DNA of 64,000 bases from Anaerolineales bacterium (GCA_022450585.1 JAKUPR010000006.1:175-64174); one strand, 5' to 3'; positions 46,938 to 57,786 are shown, counted from the first letter of the stretch. Translations and numbers: made by a program. Notes: generated by a model not told the origin, from the sequence alone.

Positions 46938-49772
46938 ATGGTCTCTCGAGATATGAAAACTCTTTATCTGATTGATGGCCACGCACTGGCGTACCGTACT
47001 TATTTTGCGCTGACAGGGTCAGGGTTCCAAGGGAGTTCGCGCAGCGGCGAGCCTACAGCAGGAGTGTTTGGATTCACATCGGTGCTACTGCGTCTTCTGG
47101 AAAAGGAATCGCCTGATTATTTGGCAGTGAGCTTTGATGTTGGTAAGACTTTTCGTGACGATATGTTTCCCGACTACAAAGCTACGCGTGAGAAAATGCC
47201 TGATGACTTGCGGGCACAAATCGAGCGTATCCATGATGTTGTGACTGCCTTCAATATCCCAGTGTTCACAGAGGAGGGTTACGAGGCCGATGATGTACTC
47301 GGTTCACTTAGTCGGCTTGCAGCGCTTGATGGTGTGCGCGTAGTTATCGTTACCGGCGACCGTGACTTGCTGCAGCTTGTCACCGATCAAGTTTTCGTCA
47401 GTCTGCCAGGTAACAGTTTAGCGGACGCACAGCTTTATGGCCCTCGTGATGTGGCCCAAAAGTATGGTGTGACTCCGGAGCAGTTTGTCGATTATAAGGC
47501 ACTAGTGGGCGACAAATCTGACAATATACCTGGTGTGCGCGGAGTGGGGGAAAAGACGGCCAAAGTATTACTGCAACAATATTTGACTTTGGACAACGTT
47601 TATAAGCACCTAGACGAGGTAGCCCCACGTTTTCAGAAAAAGCTTGTGGCGGACAAGGACAACGCTTTTTTGTCCAGAAAATTGGCAGCGATTGTGACTG
47701 ACCTGCATCTGGATTTTGACCTTGAATCCTGTGCAGTGCCAGCGGATGGAAATTTTGATCGAGCTGCGGTGGTGGAGCTCTTTCGCGAACTTGATTTCCG
47801 TACTCTGCTCAGGCGTCTGTCAGTTCTGGGTATAACGCAAGTTGACACTTCCGCATTGACCGATGGCAAGCAATTGGGATTGTTCCCGAGTGTTTCTGAA
47901 CATGGTGACTCTGATGCTGCGTTCGAGACTGCACCGACTGACACTACTGTTGTGGACGACTTAGTGTCTCTGCGGAATCTCGCAGATAAACTTGCAGCAG
48001 CGAGGGTAATCGCTTTTGATACTGAAACTACGTCCACAGACCCGATTAACGCTGAATTGGTAGGCCTATCCTTTGCCGTCGAACCAGGTAAGGGTTATTA
48101 CGTACCCGTTGGTCATCATGAGGAAGCTGCTCCGGGTGGACAGTTGGATTGGGAGCAGGTACGCGATTCACTTGCTGGTCCGTTATCCGATACAAATATC
48201 GAGAAGGTAGCACATAACGCGAAATATGATTATATCGTGTTGCATCGCAATGGAATCGAGGTAACTCCGCTAACTGTTGACACAATGATATCTGAGTGGT
48301 TGTGCGATCCCGGGTCTCGTAACAAGGGCTTGAAGAATCTTGCATGGGCGCGTCTAGGTTTGGAAATGAAAGGTATTGAAGTGCTCATAGGCACGGGCAA
48401 GAAGCAAATAAGTATGGCTGATGTGCCAGTGAAGGATGCTGCTACCTACGCAGCCTCTGACGCTGATGTGACGTTACGCTTGCTACCTCTTCTCCGAGCT
48501 GAACTGGAGAAAAATGATGCTGTCAGTTTACTGAAGCTGGAGATGGAAACAATCCCTGTGTTAGCACAGATGGAAATGAACGGGGTGCTTCTTGACAGTG
48601 GTTATCTAATCAAGCTGGGTGTGGAATTGGAGGAACAGCTTAAAGGTCTTCGTGACGACGTTAGGCAGATGGTCGGATATGATTTTAATCTGAACTCCAC
48701 GCAACAGCTCTCCAAAGCCCTTTTCGAGCATATGGGTATTGTGCCGCCGCGTGGCACAAAGCGTACTGCCTCTGGGCATTTTTCCACAGCTGTTGGTGTA
48801 CTAACGGAATTGGCAGCAGAATATGAAGTGGTTCGAGATCTTTTGCGATTCCGAGAATTGGCGAAATTGAAATCTACGTATGTTGATGCACTTCCGATGG
48901 CGGTCAACAAGGACACCGGACGAGTGCATACGTCTTTCAATCAGACCGGTACTGTTACTGGAAGGCTGGCTTCTTCCGAACCTAATCTACAGAACATACC
49001 AATTCGTAGCGAGGTCGGGCGGCAGGTGAGAAGGGCGTTTGTTGCACCGCCTGGAAGCAAACTCGTGGCTATGGACTATTCTCAGATCGAGCTCAGAGTC
49101 GCTGCACATTTATCCGAAGATGAATTCCTGCTTCATGCCTTTGAGCGTGATGAGGACATTCATTCGGTTACGGCTGCTGCCGTGTTCGATGTTGCGCCAG
49201 ATCTGGTAACCGCCGACCAACGCCGGCATGCAAAAGCGGTGAACTTTGGGCTTCTGTATGGTATGGGGCCTTTCCGTTTAGCTAGCTCTACTGGAATCAC
49301 GCTTGGCGAGGCGGAGGAATTCATCGAGACCTATTTCTCCCGGATACCTGGGATAAAGCTATATCTGGATACCGTACGTGAACAGGCGCAGCGAGATGGG
49401 TATGTAACAACCTTATTGGGGAGGCGTCGCTATTTCCCGCTATTGCTGACAGCAGAGACCAGTGACCAGAACGCGCGCGCGCGCGCTGAGCGAGAGGCCA
49501 TCAATGCACCCATTCAGGGAACGGCAGCCGATATCATCAAGCTGGCAATGGTTGAGGTGGGTCGGCAGCTGTCTGCGGGTCTGTCCGATGCGAGTCTGTT
49601 GCTGCAGGTCCACGATGAGTTGCTCTTCGAGTGCCCGGATGGCGAGGTGGATGCACTTGTGGGATTGGCGCGCCCAATAATGGAGGACGCTTTCAAGCTG
49701 GCCGTGCCGCTCAAGGTTGATGTTCATGTGGGCCAAAATTGGGAGCAAATTAAGGCATTTCCCTCGGATTGA
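46938..49772 (+). CDS. polA: DNA polymerase I
   Basis: 5'-3' exonuclease domain (LIDGHALAYRTYFAL, GDKSDNIPGV.GVGEKTA), 3'-5' exonuclease domain (FDTETTS) and polymerase motifs (DYSQIELRV, KAVNFGLLYGMG, QVHDELLFE). Alternative start ATG at 46953. Confidence 0.95.
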   Translation: MVSRDMKTLYLIDGHALAYRTYFALTGSGFQGSSRSGEPTAGVFGFTSVLLRLLEKESPDYLAVSFDVGKTFRDDMFPDYKATREKMPDDLRAQIERIHDVVTAFNIPVFTEEGYEADDVLGSLSRLAALDGVRVVIVTGDRDLLQLVTDQVFVSLPGNSLADAQLYGPRDVAQKYGVTPEQFVDYKALVGDKSDNIPGVRGVGEKTAKVLLQQYLTLDNVYKHLDEVAPRFQKKLVADKDNAFLSRKLAAIVTDLHLDFDLESCAVPADGNFDRAAVVELFRELDFRTLLRRLSVLGITQVDTSALTDGKQLGLFPSVSEHGDSDAAFETAPTDTTVVDDLVSLRNLADKLAAARVIAFDTETTSTDPINAELVGLSFAVEPGKGYYVPVGHHEEAAPGGQLDWEQVRDSLAGPLSDTNIEKVAHNAKYDYIVLHRNGIEVTPLTVDTMISEWLCDPGSRNKGLKNLAWARLGLEMKGIEVLIGTGKKQISMADVPVKDAATYAASDADVTLRLLPLLRAELEKNDAVSLLKLEMETIPVLAQMEMNGVLLDSGYLIKLGVELEEQLKGLRDDVRQMVGYDFNLNSTQQLSKALFEHMGIVPPRGTKRTASGHFSTAVGVLTELAAEYEVVRDLLRFRELAKLKSTYVDALPMAVNKDTGRVHTSFNQTGTVTGRLASSEPNLQNIPIRSEVGRQVRRAFVAPPGSKLVAMDYSQIELRVAAHLSEDEFLLHAFERDEDIHSVTAAAVFDVAPDLVTADQRRHAKAVNFGLLYGMGPFRLASSTGITLGEAEEFIETYFSRIPGIKLYLDTVREQAQRDGYVTTLLGRRRYFPLLLTAETSDQNARARAEREAINAPIQGTAADIIKLAMVEVGRQLSAGLSDASLLLQVHDELLFECPDGEVDALVGLARPIMEDAFKLAVPLKVDVHVGQNWEQIKAFPSD

Positions 49773-49785
49773 AAAACACTTTGTG

Positions 49786-50694
49786 ATGATAAGGTGGCTT
49801 CCCCCGGCAGCCGCATTACTTGCGGTGTCTCTCTGGGCTCTTTCGTTTGTTGCAATCAAGGTGGCACTGTCTGAGATGCGTCCAGAAAGCATGATATGGC
49901 TGCGTCAGCTACTGGGAGCTCTCACAGCAGGCATTATTGTGTGGGTACGTGGTTCATGGGAGAAGCCAGCTCGTAGAGATTTGTCTCAGCTTGCGCTAGC
50001 CGGCTTCGTGGGTGTCGTGCTTCATCAGTGTTTTCAGGCATACGGCATGCTTACCACAACGGCGACTGTCTCAGCGTGGCTTTCGGCGCTGTCCCCAGTG
50101 CTTATGGCAGCAATGGCATGGATATGGTTGCGCGAACAGTTCGTGCCACGACAGGCTCTTTGGATACTTCTGGCCGGCCTCGGAGCAGTGATGGTGTCAG
50201 CCGGTAGTTGGCAAAGTCTGCTGCTCGGCAGTTTCGGCAAACGCGGGGATTTGCTCGTGCTTGCTAGTGCTATTGCTTGGTCGCTGTATGCAATTTTGCT
50301 TAAAAGGTTGGTGCGCACCCGGAGAGCGAGCAATGTGACGCTGGCCACGTTGTTTATTGGGTGGTTGTTGCTGCTGCCGCTCTTTATACTGCGTCATAGT
50401 TGGCTTGATTTTGCCCATATAAGCCGATCGGGATGGGCGGCGGTGCTAGTGCTTGGAGTTGGAAGTACCGGGGTGGCAAGTATTTTGTACAATTACGCCC
50501 TCAAGAATATGTCTGGTACATTAGCGGCCATCCTACTATACCCTGAGCCGTTGCTGACAGCGGCCATCGCTGGCGTTTTGCTTCGAGAAGATTTCACGCC
50601 GGCGATGGCCGCTGGCGGTTCTCTGATCCTATTCGGAGTGTGGCAAGTGGAGCGTATCGCGGGGCGCGCTAGGAACGTTTTTCAACAGGAATAG
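49786..50694 (+). CDS. DMT-superfamily (EamA) transporter
   Basis: Ten hydrophobic helices in two EamA-like halves. The ATG at 49786 (or GTG at 49783) avoids the overlap with polA implied by the track start at 49717. Confidence 0.7.
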   Translation: MIRWLPPAAALLAVSLWALSFVAIKVALSEMRPESMIWLRQLLGALTAGIIVWVRGSWEKPARRDLSQLALAGFVGVVLHQCFQAYGMLTTTATVSAWLSALSPVLMAAMAWIWLREQFVPRQALWILLAGLGAVMVSAGSWQSLLLGSFGKRGDLLVLASAIAWSLYAILLKRLVRTRRASNVTLATLFIGWLLLLPLFILRHSWLDFAHISRSGWAAVLVLGVGSTGVASILYNYALKNMSGTLAAILLYPEPLLTAAIAGVLLREDFTPAMAAGGSLILFGVWQVERIAGRARNVFQQE

Positions 50695-50770
50695 CGGTTT
50701 ACTAACGTGGCCATGATACAATGTGGATGTGGCCCAAAATTGGAGGTTTCTCATGATGGAGGGCGCCCAA

Positions 50771-51451
50771 TTACTCCGGATCATATACATTGAGTTCTGT
50801 CAGTTTCCCGCTCGTCATGAAAATCACGCGTTCGGCTATGTTGGTGGCTCGATCACCGATCCGCTCTAGATTATGTGCTACGAAGAGCACTGATAGTAGA
50901 TGGTCAGTTGACTTACTCGCGTCGCGTGTCTCCGCCACTGTTTTGTGAAACAGTAAGCGGTACTGGGTGTCCAGATTGTCGTCGTTTGCCGCGACAGCGT
51001 AAGCTTTACTCGCATCTCTTTGGATGAAAGCCTCTACGGAGCGACGCAGCATATCCCGGCATTGGGTGGATATTTGAAAAATCCCTCCAGGCACATCCCT
51101 TTTTGGTACCTCTTCTACACGAACTGCTAGTCTTGCGATTCCAGCAGCATGGTCTCCCATACGCTCCAATTCCGTGACGATGTTCATGCCGGTTACTATC
51201 ATGCGCATGTCACCGGCAACTGGCTGCTGTGTGACCATGATCTGCAGACATCTTTCCTCGATCTCGAAACGCTTTTCGTTGATTATTGTGTCTTCGCTGA
51301 TGATTTGCTGAGCTAGTTCTATGTCGCAATTGGAATACGCTTGTACGCTCTGCTCAATGGCGGTGTCGATTTTGCTGCTCAGTCGCACGAGATCGTCAGT
51401 CAGCGCGTTCAGACTGTCATCTAAGGTTACGCGGGTTTGGATGTTGTCCAT
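50771..51451 (-). CDS. phoU: Phosphate signalling complex protein PhoU
   Basis: Two PhoU repeats with E(R/L)xGD motifs (ELERMGDHA, NLERIGDRATNIAE). Confidence 0.9.
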   Translation of the reverse strand: MDNIQTRVTLDDSLNALTDDLVRLSSKIDTAIEQSVQAYSNCDIELAQQIISEDTIINEKRFEIEERCLQIMVTQQPVAGDMRMIVTGMNIVTELERMGDHAAGIARLAVRVEEVPKRDVPGGIFQISTQCRDMLRRSVEAFIQRDASKAYAVAANDDNLDTQYRLLFHKTVAETRDASKSTDHLLSVLFVAHNLERIGDRATNIAERVIFMTSGKLTELNVYDPE

Positions 51452-51477
51452 GACATTTCTCCTTTGTCAAAGATGTC

Positions 51478-52212
51478 TCAGGCAGGTAGGTGAGGCACTC
51501 CTCCAGTTTCAAGCCCAATGGCAAAATCATGCGGCAGCCCGCTCGCTCGTACGGCGTGCGCGGTCTTGGCCACATCGTAATCCACTCGCCTAAACTCCAC
51601 GTCTATTGTGCCTGTTCCCAAGGTTAGCATAACATATCCTGCACGCGGGTCACCATCTTTTGGTTTGCCGACAGATCCTGTGTTGACAAACAATGTGCCG
51701 CCTACTTGTTTTTTATAATGCATGTGCGTGTGTCCGAAGAGCAATAAATCACAATTGGCTGCTTTGGCAATGCGCGCAAATGTAGCCTCCGGACGGTCGG
51801 CAAACATATATTCATTTATCGCTCTGGGGCTGCCATGCACGAACAAAAGGCGTTTCCCAGCATGTTTTGCTTCTATAGTCATTGGGAGATTTCGCAGGAA
51901 GGTTTTATTCTGTGGACTGGTATGTTCTCGCGCCCACTTCAAAGATAAATTGCCGAGCGCAATATCAGCTGGGTGCTGATATACGCATCCACAGTCACCT
52001 AGATCAAACCCTACACCTTTATCATAATTACCCATTAGCGTTGGCACGTTGTTGGTGCGAACAAACTGTACTACTTCGTTGGGATGTGGTCCGTAGCCCA
52101 CCAGATCGCCCAAGCAATATATTTCCTCTGGATGTATAGTTTTGATATCCTTCCATACAGCATCAAGTGCTTGCTGGTTAGCATGAATGTCGGAAAACAG
52201 AGCGATTTTCAT
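51478..52212 (-). CDS. Metallophosphoesterase (YfcE/MJ0936-like)
   Basis: Motifs DIHAN, GDLVGYGP, GNYD and GHTH of calcineurin-like phosphoesterases. Starts 3 nt after the pstB stop. Confidence 0.8.
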   Translation of the reverse strand: MKIALFSDIHANQQALDAVWKDIKTIHPEEIYCLGDLVGYGPHPNEVVQFVRTNNVPTLMGNYDKGVGFDLGDCGCVYQHPADIALGNLSLKWAREHTSPQNKTFLRNLPMTIEAKHAGKRLLFVHGSPRAINEYMFADRPEATFARIAKAANCDLLLFGHTHMHYKKQVGGTLFVNTGSVGKPKDGDPRAGYVMLTLGTGTIDVEFRRVDYDVAKTAHAVRASGLPHDFAIGLETGGVPHLPA

Positions 52213-52214
52213 TA

Positions 52215-52988
52215 TTATCCGAACCGTCCGGTTATGTATTCTTCGGTGCGCTGCACGGTCGGTCGTGTGAAGATGGTGTTGGTTTCATCAAATTCCACCA
52301 GTTCACCCAGCCAGAAAAATCCAGTCTTGTCAGATACCCGGGCAGCCTGCTGCATGCTGTGTGTGACGACTACAATAGTATATTGCTCCTTTAGCTGGCG
52401 CATCAACTCCTCTACTTTGGTGGTGGCAATTGGGTCTAGCGCAGAACAGGGCTCGTCCATCAGGATGACATCTGGTTTCACTGCTAGCAAACGAGCTATA
52501 CATAGTCGCTGTTGTTGACCTAGGGAGAGCGACAAGGCCGGACTTGTCAGTGTCGTGGCTACTTCGTCCCACAACGCTGCGCCACGCAGGGAATCCTCCA
52601 CCAACTCTTGCAAATTCCTCCCCGATACTGTTCCCAGAACGCGAGGCCCGAAGGCTACATTGTCAAAGATAGATTGGGGGAACGGGTTGGGTCTTTGGAA
52701 GACTAAGCCTACGCGTTGACGTAACTCAGTCGTATCAGCGTCTGGGGCGTATATATCCCGCCCTTCCAGTCTAATACGACCACTTATTTCGGTATCAGGA
52801 ATTGTGTCATTCATACGGTTAAGGCAGCGTAGAAAGGTGGATTTTCCGCAGCCAGAAGGCCCGATTAGCGCAGTGATTTCGCGTGGCATAATATCGATGG
52901 ACACGTTATGTAGTGCCTGAGTTGCTCCGTAATGGAAGTTGAGCATCTCAATCTGAAATGTCGGTTGTAATGTCATTTCTATTCCCAT
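52215..52988 (-). CDS. pstB: Phosphate ABC transporter ATP-binding protein PstB (copy 2)
   Basis: [50 protein letters not shown] and the C-terminal YITGRFG typical of PstB. Start taken at the ATG at 52988 (or 52976), since the track start at 53072 overlaps copy 1. Confidence 0.88.
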   Translation of the reverse strand: MGIEMTLQPTFQIEMLNFHYGATQALHNVSIDIMPREITALIGPSGCGKSTFLRCLNRMNDTIPDTEISGRIRLEGRDIYAPDADTTELRQRVGLVFQRPNPFPQSIFDNVAFGPRVLGTVSGRNLQELVEDSLRGAALWDEVATTLTSPALSLSLGQQQRLCIARLLAVKPDVILMDEPCSALDPIATTKVEELMRQLKEQYTIVVVTHSMQQAARVSDKTGFFWLGELVEFDETNTIFTRPTVQRTEEYITGRFG

Positions 52989-52993
52989 TTTGC

Positions 52994-53770
52994 CTAACCA
53001 AATCTTCCGGTGATGTAATCTTCGGTCTTTTTGTTGCGCGGTGCGCTGAAAAGATCCTCGCCTCTGTTCCATTCCACTAGTTCACCCTGAAGCATGAATG
53101 CGGCCCAGTCTGCGATGCGCGCAGTCTGCTGGATACTGCTTGGCGCGATGATCACAGTGTAATCCTGCTTTAGTAGTTGCAGCGAGGCCTCTACTTTTGC
53201 GGTTGATATTGGATCCAGACCGGATGTTGGTTCATCGAGCATCAGAACTTCGGGCTCTAGGGCCAGCACGCGCGCGATACACAGCCGTTGTTGCTGTCCT
53301 CCGGAGAGTGCTATGGCCGGGTCTCCCAACCTATCTTTGACCTCGTCCCACAAAGCGGCTGCTCGCAGACTCCTTTCCACTGCATCGTCGAGCCGTGAGC
53401 GTCGATTTTCTCCGGCGAGTTCCAGTCCGTATCGGATGTTCCGGCTTATGGAAAAGGGTAAAGGGATGGGTTGCGCAAATACAATGCCAACTCTTCGGCG
53501 TAGCGTGACTACATCGATGTTGGAACTAAATATATCAACTCCATCGAGCAGTACGGATCCGCGGGTACTGACATCCACCATATCGTTAAGTCTGTTGAGC
53601 GTGCGTAGCAGCGTGCTCTTGCCGCCACCTGCGGGACCAAACAGCGCGGTGATGGCGTGGATTGGGATATCGAAATGAATGTCGCGCAGCGATTCGGTGC
53701 CGTCATCCTCGTAACGCACGTAGAGATGGTCGATACTAATTTTGGTTTCAGTCTTAGCTATGTTTACCAT
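52994..53770 (-). CDS. pstB: Phosphate ABC transporter ATP-binding protein PstB (copy 1, more divergent)
   Basis: [44 protein letters not shown] and the C-terminal YITGRFG. Confidence 0.85.
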   Translation of the reverse strand: MVNIAKTETKISIDHLYVRYEDDGTESLRDIHFDIPIHAITALFGPAGGGKSTLLRTLNRLNDMVDVSTRGSVLLDGVDIFSSNIDVVTLRRRVGIVFAQPIPLPFSISRNIRYGLELAGENRRSRLDDAVERSLRAAALWDEVKDRLGDPAIALSGGQQQRLCIARVLALEPEVLMLDEPTSGLDPISTAKVEASLQLLKQDYTVIIAPSSIQQTARIADWAAFMLQGELVEWNRGEDLFSAPRNKKTEDYITGRFG

Positions 53771-54615
53771 TGTCTTTTCCGGCGCTGCCAGCTCCGCACG
53801 CTGGCAGCTAATATATTCATAGTTAGCACAAAAACGAGCAATACGGATGCAGTGCCATATTGAATCTGAAGGGGCATACCGGGGACCTGGGTAGAGATGA
53901 CAAATAGGTGGTAGGGCAATGCCATGGTCTGGTCAAAAATAGAACTAGGTAAACGTGGCAGGAAGAATGCTGCTCCAGTAAACAGAATCGGTGCGGTTTC
54001 TCCTGCGGCCCTATTCAGTCCGAGTATTACTCCGGTCAGGATACCGGGCATTGCCTGCGGAAGTACGATGCGACGAATAGTCTGCCAGCGCGTGCCGCCC
54101 ATGCCAATACTAACCACTCGGAAGCTCTGTGGAACAGCTCGTAACGCTTCCTCCGCAGTGCTGATTATCACCGGAAGAGTCATAATTGAAAGTGTCAGAC
54201 AGGCAGCTATGATGGACGAGCCAAGCTTTAGGAAGAGTACAAATAGTCCCAGTCCGAATAGACCGTAGACCACAGATGGGATACCAGCAAGATTGACGAT
54301 TGCCACCCTGATAGTGCGCGTCCATGCGCTTTCACGTGCATATTCAGAGAGATAGATGGCTGCGCCCAAGCCGAGAGGGACCGAAATGAGCCCGGTGCCA
54401 ATTGCGAGATAGGTAGTCCCGACTATGGCTGGCCATATTCCTCCAGCACGCATTCCATCACGAGGCATTTCCACTATAAATTCCCATGAGATAGCCTCAG
54501 CGCCGGAGATGAAAATTGCGCTGATAACTATGATAATAGGGGCCACTGTCAGCAGCGTGGCACTGCCGATGACCATGAAAGCGATGCGTTCTGTTTGATA
54601 TCGAGACAAATGCAT
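53764..54615 (-). CDS. pstA: Phosphate ABC transporter permease PstA
   Basis: Six TM helices. EAA-loop region AEEALRAVPQSFRVVSIGMGGTRWQTIRRIVLPQA. Position is after pstC. Confidence 0.88.
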   Translation of the reverse strand: MHLSRYQTERIAFMVIGSATLLTVAPIIIVISAIFISGAEAISWEFIVEMPRDGMRAGGIWPAIVGTTYLAIGTGLISVPLGLGAAIYLSEYARESAWTRTIRVAIVNLAGIPSVVYGLFGLGLFVLFLKLGSSIIAACLTLSIMTLPVIISTAEEALRAVPQSFRVVSIGMGGTRWQTIRRIVLPQAMPGILTGVILGLNRAAGETAPILFTGAAFFLPRLPSSIFDQTMALPYHLFVISTQVPGMPLQIQYGTASVLLVFVLTMNILAASVRSWQRRKRQW

Positions 54616-54632
54616 GTGTGGTTATTCCTGTG

Positions 54633-55580
54633 TCAGGAGAGTAATCTCTCCGACCTTCTACGTGCTCGGAATAGCACTGCTGAAGCGGTTAAATTGACCG
54701 TCAGACTAATCAGGAACAGTGCCAGTCCGATATAGAATAGTGCGTGATAATGTACGCTGCCATTTGCTACCTCACCCATTTCAGCTGCGATGGTCGCTGT
54801 CATGGTGCGTAGCGGCATAAATATTGCGCTCAATCCTGAAGCGATCTGCGGGGCGTTTCCCGTGACCATCATCACCGTCATGGTTTCCCCAATTGCGCGC
54901 CCAATGCCCAGCATTGTCGCGGTCAGTACTCCTGAACGGGCAGCGGGTACAGTTATGCGCCAGATAGTCTGCCAACGGGTGGCTCCCAAAGCCAGAGCTG
55001 CATCACGGTAGGATTTGGGTACTGTATCCAGTGCATCTTCTGCAACGCTGACAATGGTTGGGATGGCCATGCCTGCTAGCAGCACCGCGCCTGTGAAAGC
55101 TGTAAGTCCAGTCGGAATGTGCAATATTTCTCGTACCAGCGGAGCCAACACAAGAATCCCTAGGAAACCGAGAACTACTGAGGGAATGCCCCCCAGAACC
55201 TCTACCAGAGGTTTCAGGAATTCGCGCAGCCAGCGAGGTGCTATTTCGGATATGTACACTGCTGTCATCAGACCAAACGGGACAGCAATCAACGCAGCTC
55301 CAAGAGTGATGACTAGTGACCCAGTTAGTAGTGGCAAGGTGCCGAAGTAATCCTCGATTGGATACCAGCGGCGGCTAAATAACTCTGAGATAGATATCTC
55401 GTTGAAGGTCGGCAGCGCCTCCCGCATCAGAAATATAAAAATCAAGGCTACGAATACTACAGCTGAATATCCTGCTACCCGCACCAATGCCTCCAACAGA
55501 ATCTCCAACGGTTTACGGTGCGTGGATTTGCGTGTAGTGGTAGTCATAACCCTTGTCCCATCTTCCGGATTCATGTGCAT
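54633..55580 (-). CDS. pstC: Phosphate ABC transporter permease PstC
   Basis: EAA loop AEDALDTVPKSYRDAALALGATRWQTIWRITVPAA. Start set at the first ATG after the pstS stop (55580, alternative 55547). The track start at 55685 overlaps pstS. Confidence 0.85.
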   Translation of the reverse strand: MHMNPEDGTRVMTTTTRKSTHRKPLEILLEALVRVAGYSAVVFVALIFIFLMREALPTFNEISISELFSRRWYPIEDYFGTLPLLTGSLVITLGAALIAVPFGLMTAVYISEIAPRWLREFLKPLVEVLGGIPSVVLGFLGILVLAPLVREILHIPTGLTAFTGAVLLAGMAIPTIVSVAEDALDTVPKSYRDAALALGATRWQTIWRITVPAARSGVLTATMLGIGRAIGETMTVMMVTGNAPQIASGLSAIFMPLRTMTATIAAEMGEVANGSVHYHALFYIGLALFLISLTVNLTASAVLFRARRRSERLLS

Positions 55581-55587
55581 GAGCGAA

Positions 55588-56496
55588 TCATTTGAGAGGC
55601 ACGAAACCCAAGCTCTTGACAATCGCTTGGGCGTCCGGACCAAAAATCCAATCCAGGTAATCTTTAGTTGTTCCGCGCGGTTCACCAGGTGTATACATAT
55701 AAAGCGACCGTGAGACCGGATAGCTGCTATCCATAACAGTCTCTACAGTGGGTGACACATATGGTCTGGTGTCGTCTACGGCGAGAGCAATAGTTTTTAC
55801 AGCATCTGTGACATAGCCGAGTCCCTCGTACCCAATGGCGTTCCTATTCTGGGCAATTTCTGCCGTGATGCCCTCTGATGAAGGCAGCAGCAATGTACTG
55901 GTCGAGAACAGGGCCTCATCTTTTTTGTCGCCCATGCGGACCACTGCTTCGAGAAAATAAACGTGGGTGCCCGAATTAACCTCACGCGAGAGTCGTACGA
56001 TAGGTCGATCTTCGCCGCCCACTTCAGTCCAGTTGTTGATCTTCCCGCTGAAAATGTCAGCTACTTGTTGCATTGTTAGTCTATCTATCGGGTTATCAGG
56101 ATGGACAATTACCGCGATACCATCGCTCGCTATCACAAATTCCACTGGAGTTATACCGTTTTCTTTGGCATTTGCGATTTCTTTATCTTTCATTCTACGG
56201 GAAGCGTTAGCGATGTCTACTGTGTTGTTTATCATCGCAGCAATGCCAGTGCCTGAACCTCCGCCCGTCACGGAGATGTTTACGTCAGGGCGCACTTCGT
56301 GGTAGGCTTCGGCCCACGCGAGAGCTAGATTGACGATTGTGTCGGAACCCTTGTTGGTCAGAATATTATCTATGACTGGTATTTCGTCTTTAGTCTGCTG
56401 TTGGATAGAACTGCAAGCACATAAGATGATTGTAGCAATTGTCAGTGCAACGAAGTGTCTGCAGTGGTTTAGGGAGTGCATGTGCGGACTATACAT
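55588..56496 (-). CDS. pstS: Phosphate-binding lipoprotein PstS (PBP-like_2 type)
   Basis: Lipobox IILCAC-SS and phosphate-binding motifs (GSDT.., GGGSGTG, SR). First gene of the pst operon. Confidence 0.85.
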   Translation of the reverse strand: MYSPHMHSLNHCRHFVALTIATIILCACSSIQQQTKDEIPVIDNILTNKGSDTIVNLALAWAEAYHEVRPDVNISVTGGGSGTGIAAMINNTVDIANASRRMKDKEIANAKENGITPVEFVIASDGIAVIVHPDNPIDRLTMQQVADIFSGKINNWTEVGGEDRPIVRLSREVNSGTHVYFLEAVVRMGDKKDEALFSTSTLLLPSSEGITAEIAQNRNAIGYEGLGYVTDAVKTIALAVDDTRPYVSPTVETVMDSSYPVSRSLYMYTPGEPRGTTKDYLDWIFGPDAQAIVKSLGFVPLK

Positions 56497-56607
56497 TAAT
56501 CAGATTATCTGAAGGTAAAATGTGTATTAAATAGGATGCATCGTTTGTTTAAGGATTCTTAATTGAAACCAAGTACTCTGGCAGCTTGATCCGCGGCTGT
56601 TTGTAGT

Positions 56608-57786
56608 TCAGGTTGCGTCGGCACGTATTAAAGTTAGGCTTATCTGAGTACCTCCACTCGGAGTATTTTCAGCCCAGATTGTGCCACCGTGGGCTTGTAT
56701 CACATGCTTGGCAATTGCCAGTCCTAGGCCGGTACCGGCACCGTGCCGGGAGCGGTCGCCACGATAGAAGCGCTCGAATATACGTGGCAGATCTGGTGTG
56801 GGGATACCAGGGCCGCTATCGAGCACGTCGATGCGCACCTGTTCGTCTTCGGTGGTTGCTCGTACGTTCACCAAACTATTTTCTGGGGAGAATTTAATGG
56901 CATTGTGTAGTACATTGCCCAGCGCACGATGCAATTGGTCTTGGTCCGCCAAGACTGGAGTTTCTGGCAGCGCATCGTAGCGCAACAGAATAGCGTTGCG
57001 CTCGGCCTGTGGACGGAACCGGTTTATGGCTGTTTTCACCAGTGGCGTCAATTCTGTGGAGACCAACTTCACGGAGGCGCGTCCGGATTCAATACGCGAG
57101 ATGTCCAATAGTTCTTGAGCCATATGCTGCAGCGTTTCAGTTTCCACCATAATGTTCTCCAGCGCGCTACTGGTCTCAGCGGGATGTTCGCGGGATTCAA
57201 GGGTTTCCAGAAGCAGCCTTATAGCGGTCAGAGGGGTACGCAGCTCATGGGATATATTTGCCACCAGATCGCGCCGTGCTTGGTCGAGATACTGCAGACG
57301 CGAGACATCGGTCAGGGCAAGGGCAGTACCACCTTCAAAGGTTTGCGCACGTACTCGGAAGGTGCGTTCGTGAATTTGTGTCTGCCACTCCAATGGTTCC
57401 TCCAAGTTTTCCAGTGGCTCCTCCAAACTGTCCGCAGCAAGTGCTTCTTGGCAAAATTGTTCCAATTCCTCAGAGCGCGTGTAGGATACGAGACTGACAT
57501 CGGTGTCCGGCATCATACCGAATAGGTCCTCTGCACCCGGGCTACCGAAGCGTACATTTAGGTTAGTATCAACAAACAATATCACCTCCAGGAGGGCATT
57601 TCCTGCAGCCTGCCAGCGTGCTGAGTTTTCTTTCGAGGCTGCGATCGCAGTTTCAAGATTGTGTCTGAGTTGCTTAATGGTGTGATTAAGCGCAGCAGCG
57701 TCTCGTCGTGTCTGCAGGCGATGGCGTGTAAATGCAGTGGCCGTCAGCGCTAATGCTAATATTAGAACCCAGGTGAGCGAAGTCAT
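56608..57786 (-). CDS. Sensor histidine kinase, PhoR-like
   Basis: N-terminal TM helix, a PAS-like region, H box SHELRTPLTAI, N box NAIKFSP, G boxes DSGPGI and GTGLGLAI. Overlaps the response regulator gene by 4 nt. Confidence 0.8.
   Translation of the reverse strand: MTSLTWVLILALALTATAFTRHRLQTRRDAAALNHTIKQLRHNLETAIAASKENSARWQAAGNALLEVILFVDTNLNVRFGSPGAEDLFGMMPDTDVSLVSYTRSEELEQFCQEALAADSLEEPLENLEEPLEWQTQIHERTFRVRAQTFEGGTALALTDVSRLQYLDQARRDLVANISHELRTPLTAIRLLLETLESREHPAETSSALENIMVETETLQHMAQELLDISRIESGRASVKLVSTELTPLVKTAINRFRPQAERNAILLRYDALPETPVLADQDQLHRALGNVLHNAIKFSPENSLVNVRATTEDEQVRIDVLDSGPGIPTPDLPRIFERFYRGDRSRHGAGTGLGLAIAKHVIQAHGGTIWAENTPSGGTQISLTLIRADAT

Noticed and set aside
46921-46955. 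TATAAT at 46921-46926 only 11 nt before the polA ATG at 46938, suggesting a leaderless polA mRNA
   Set aside because: This is a single hexamer match with no -35 element. The alternative ATG at 46953 gives an equally typical Pol I N-terminus (MKTLYLIDG). The evidence is insufficient.
49472-49486. (CG)n run of 15 nt inside polA, encoding ..NARARAERE..
   Set aside because: It is in frame within a conserved gene, with no evidence of phase variation or a frameshift. It is probably just Ala/Arg codons.
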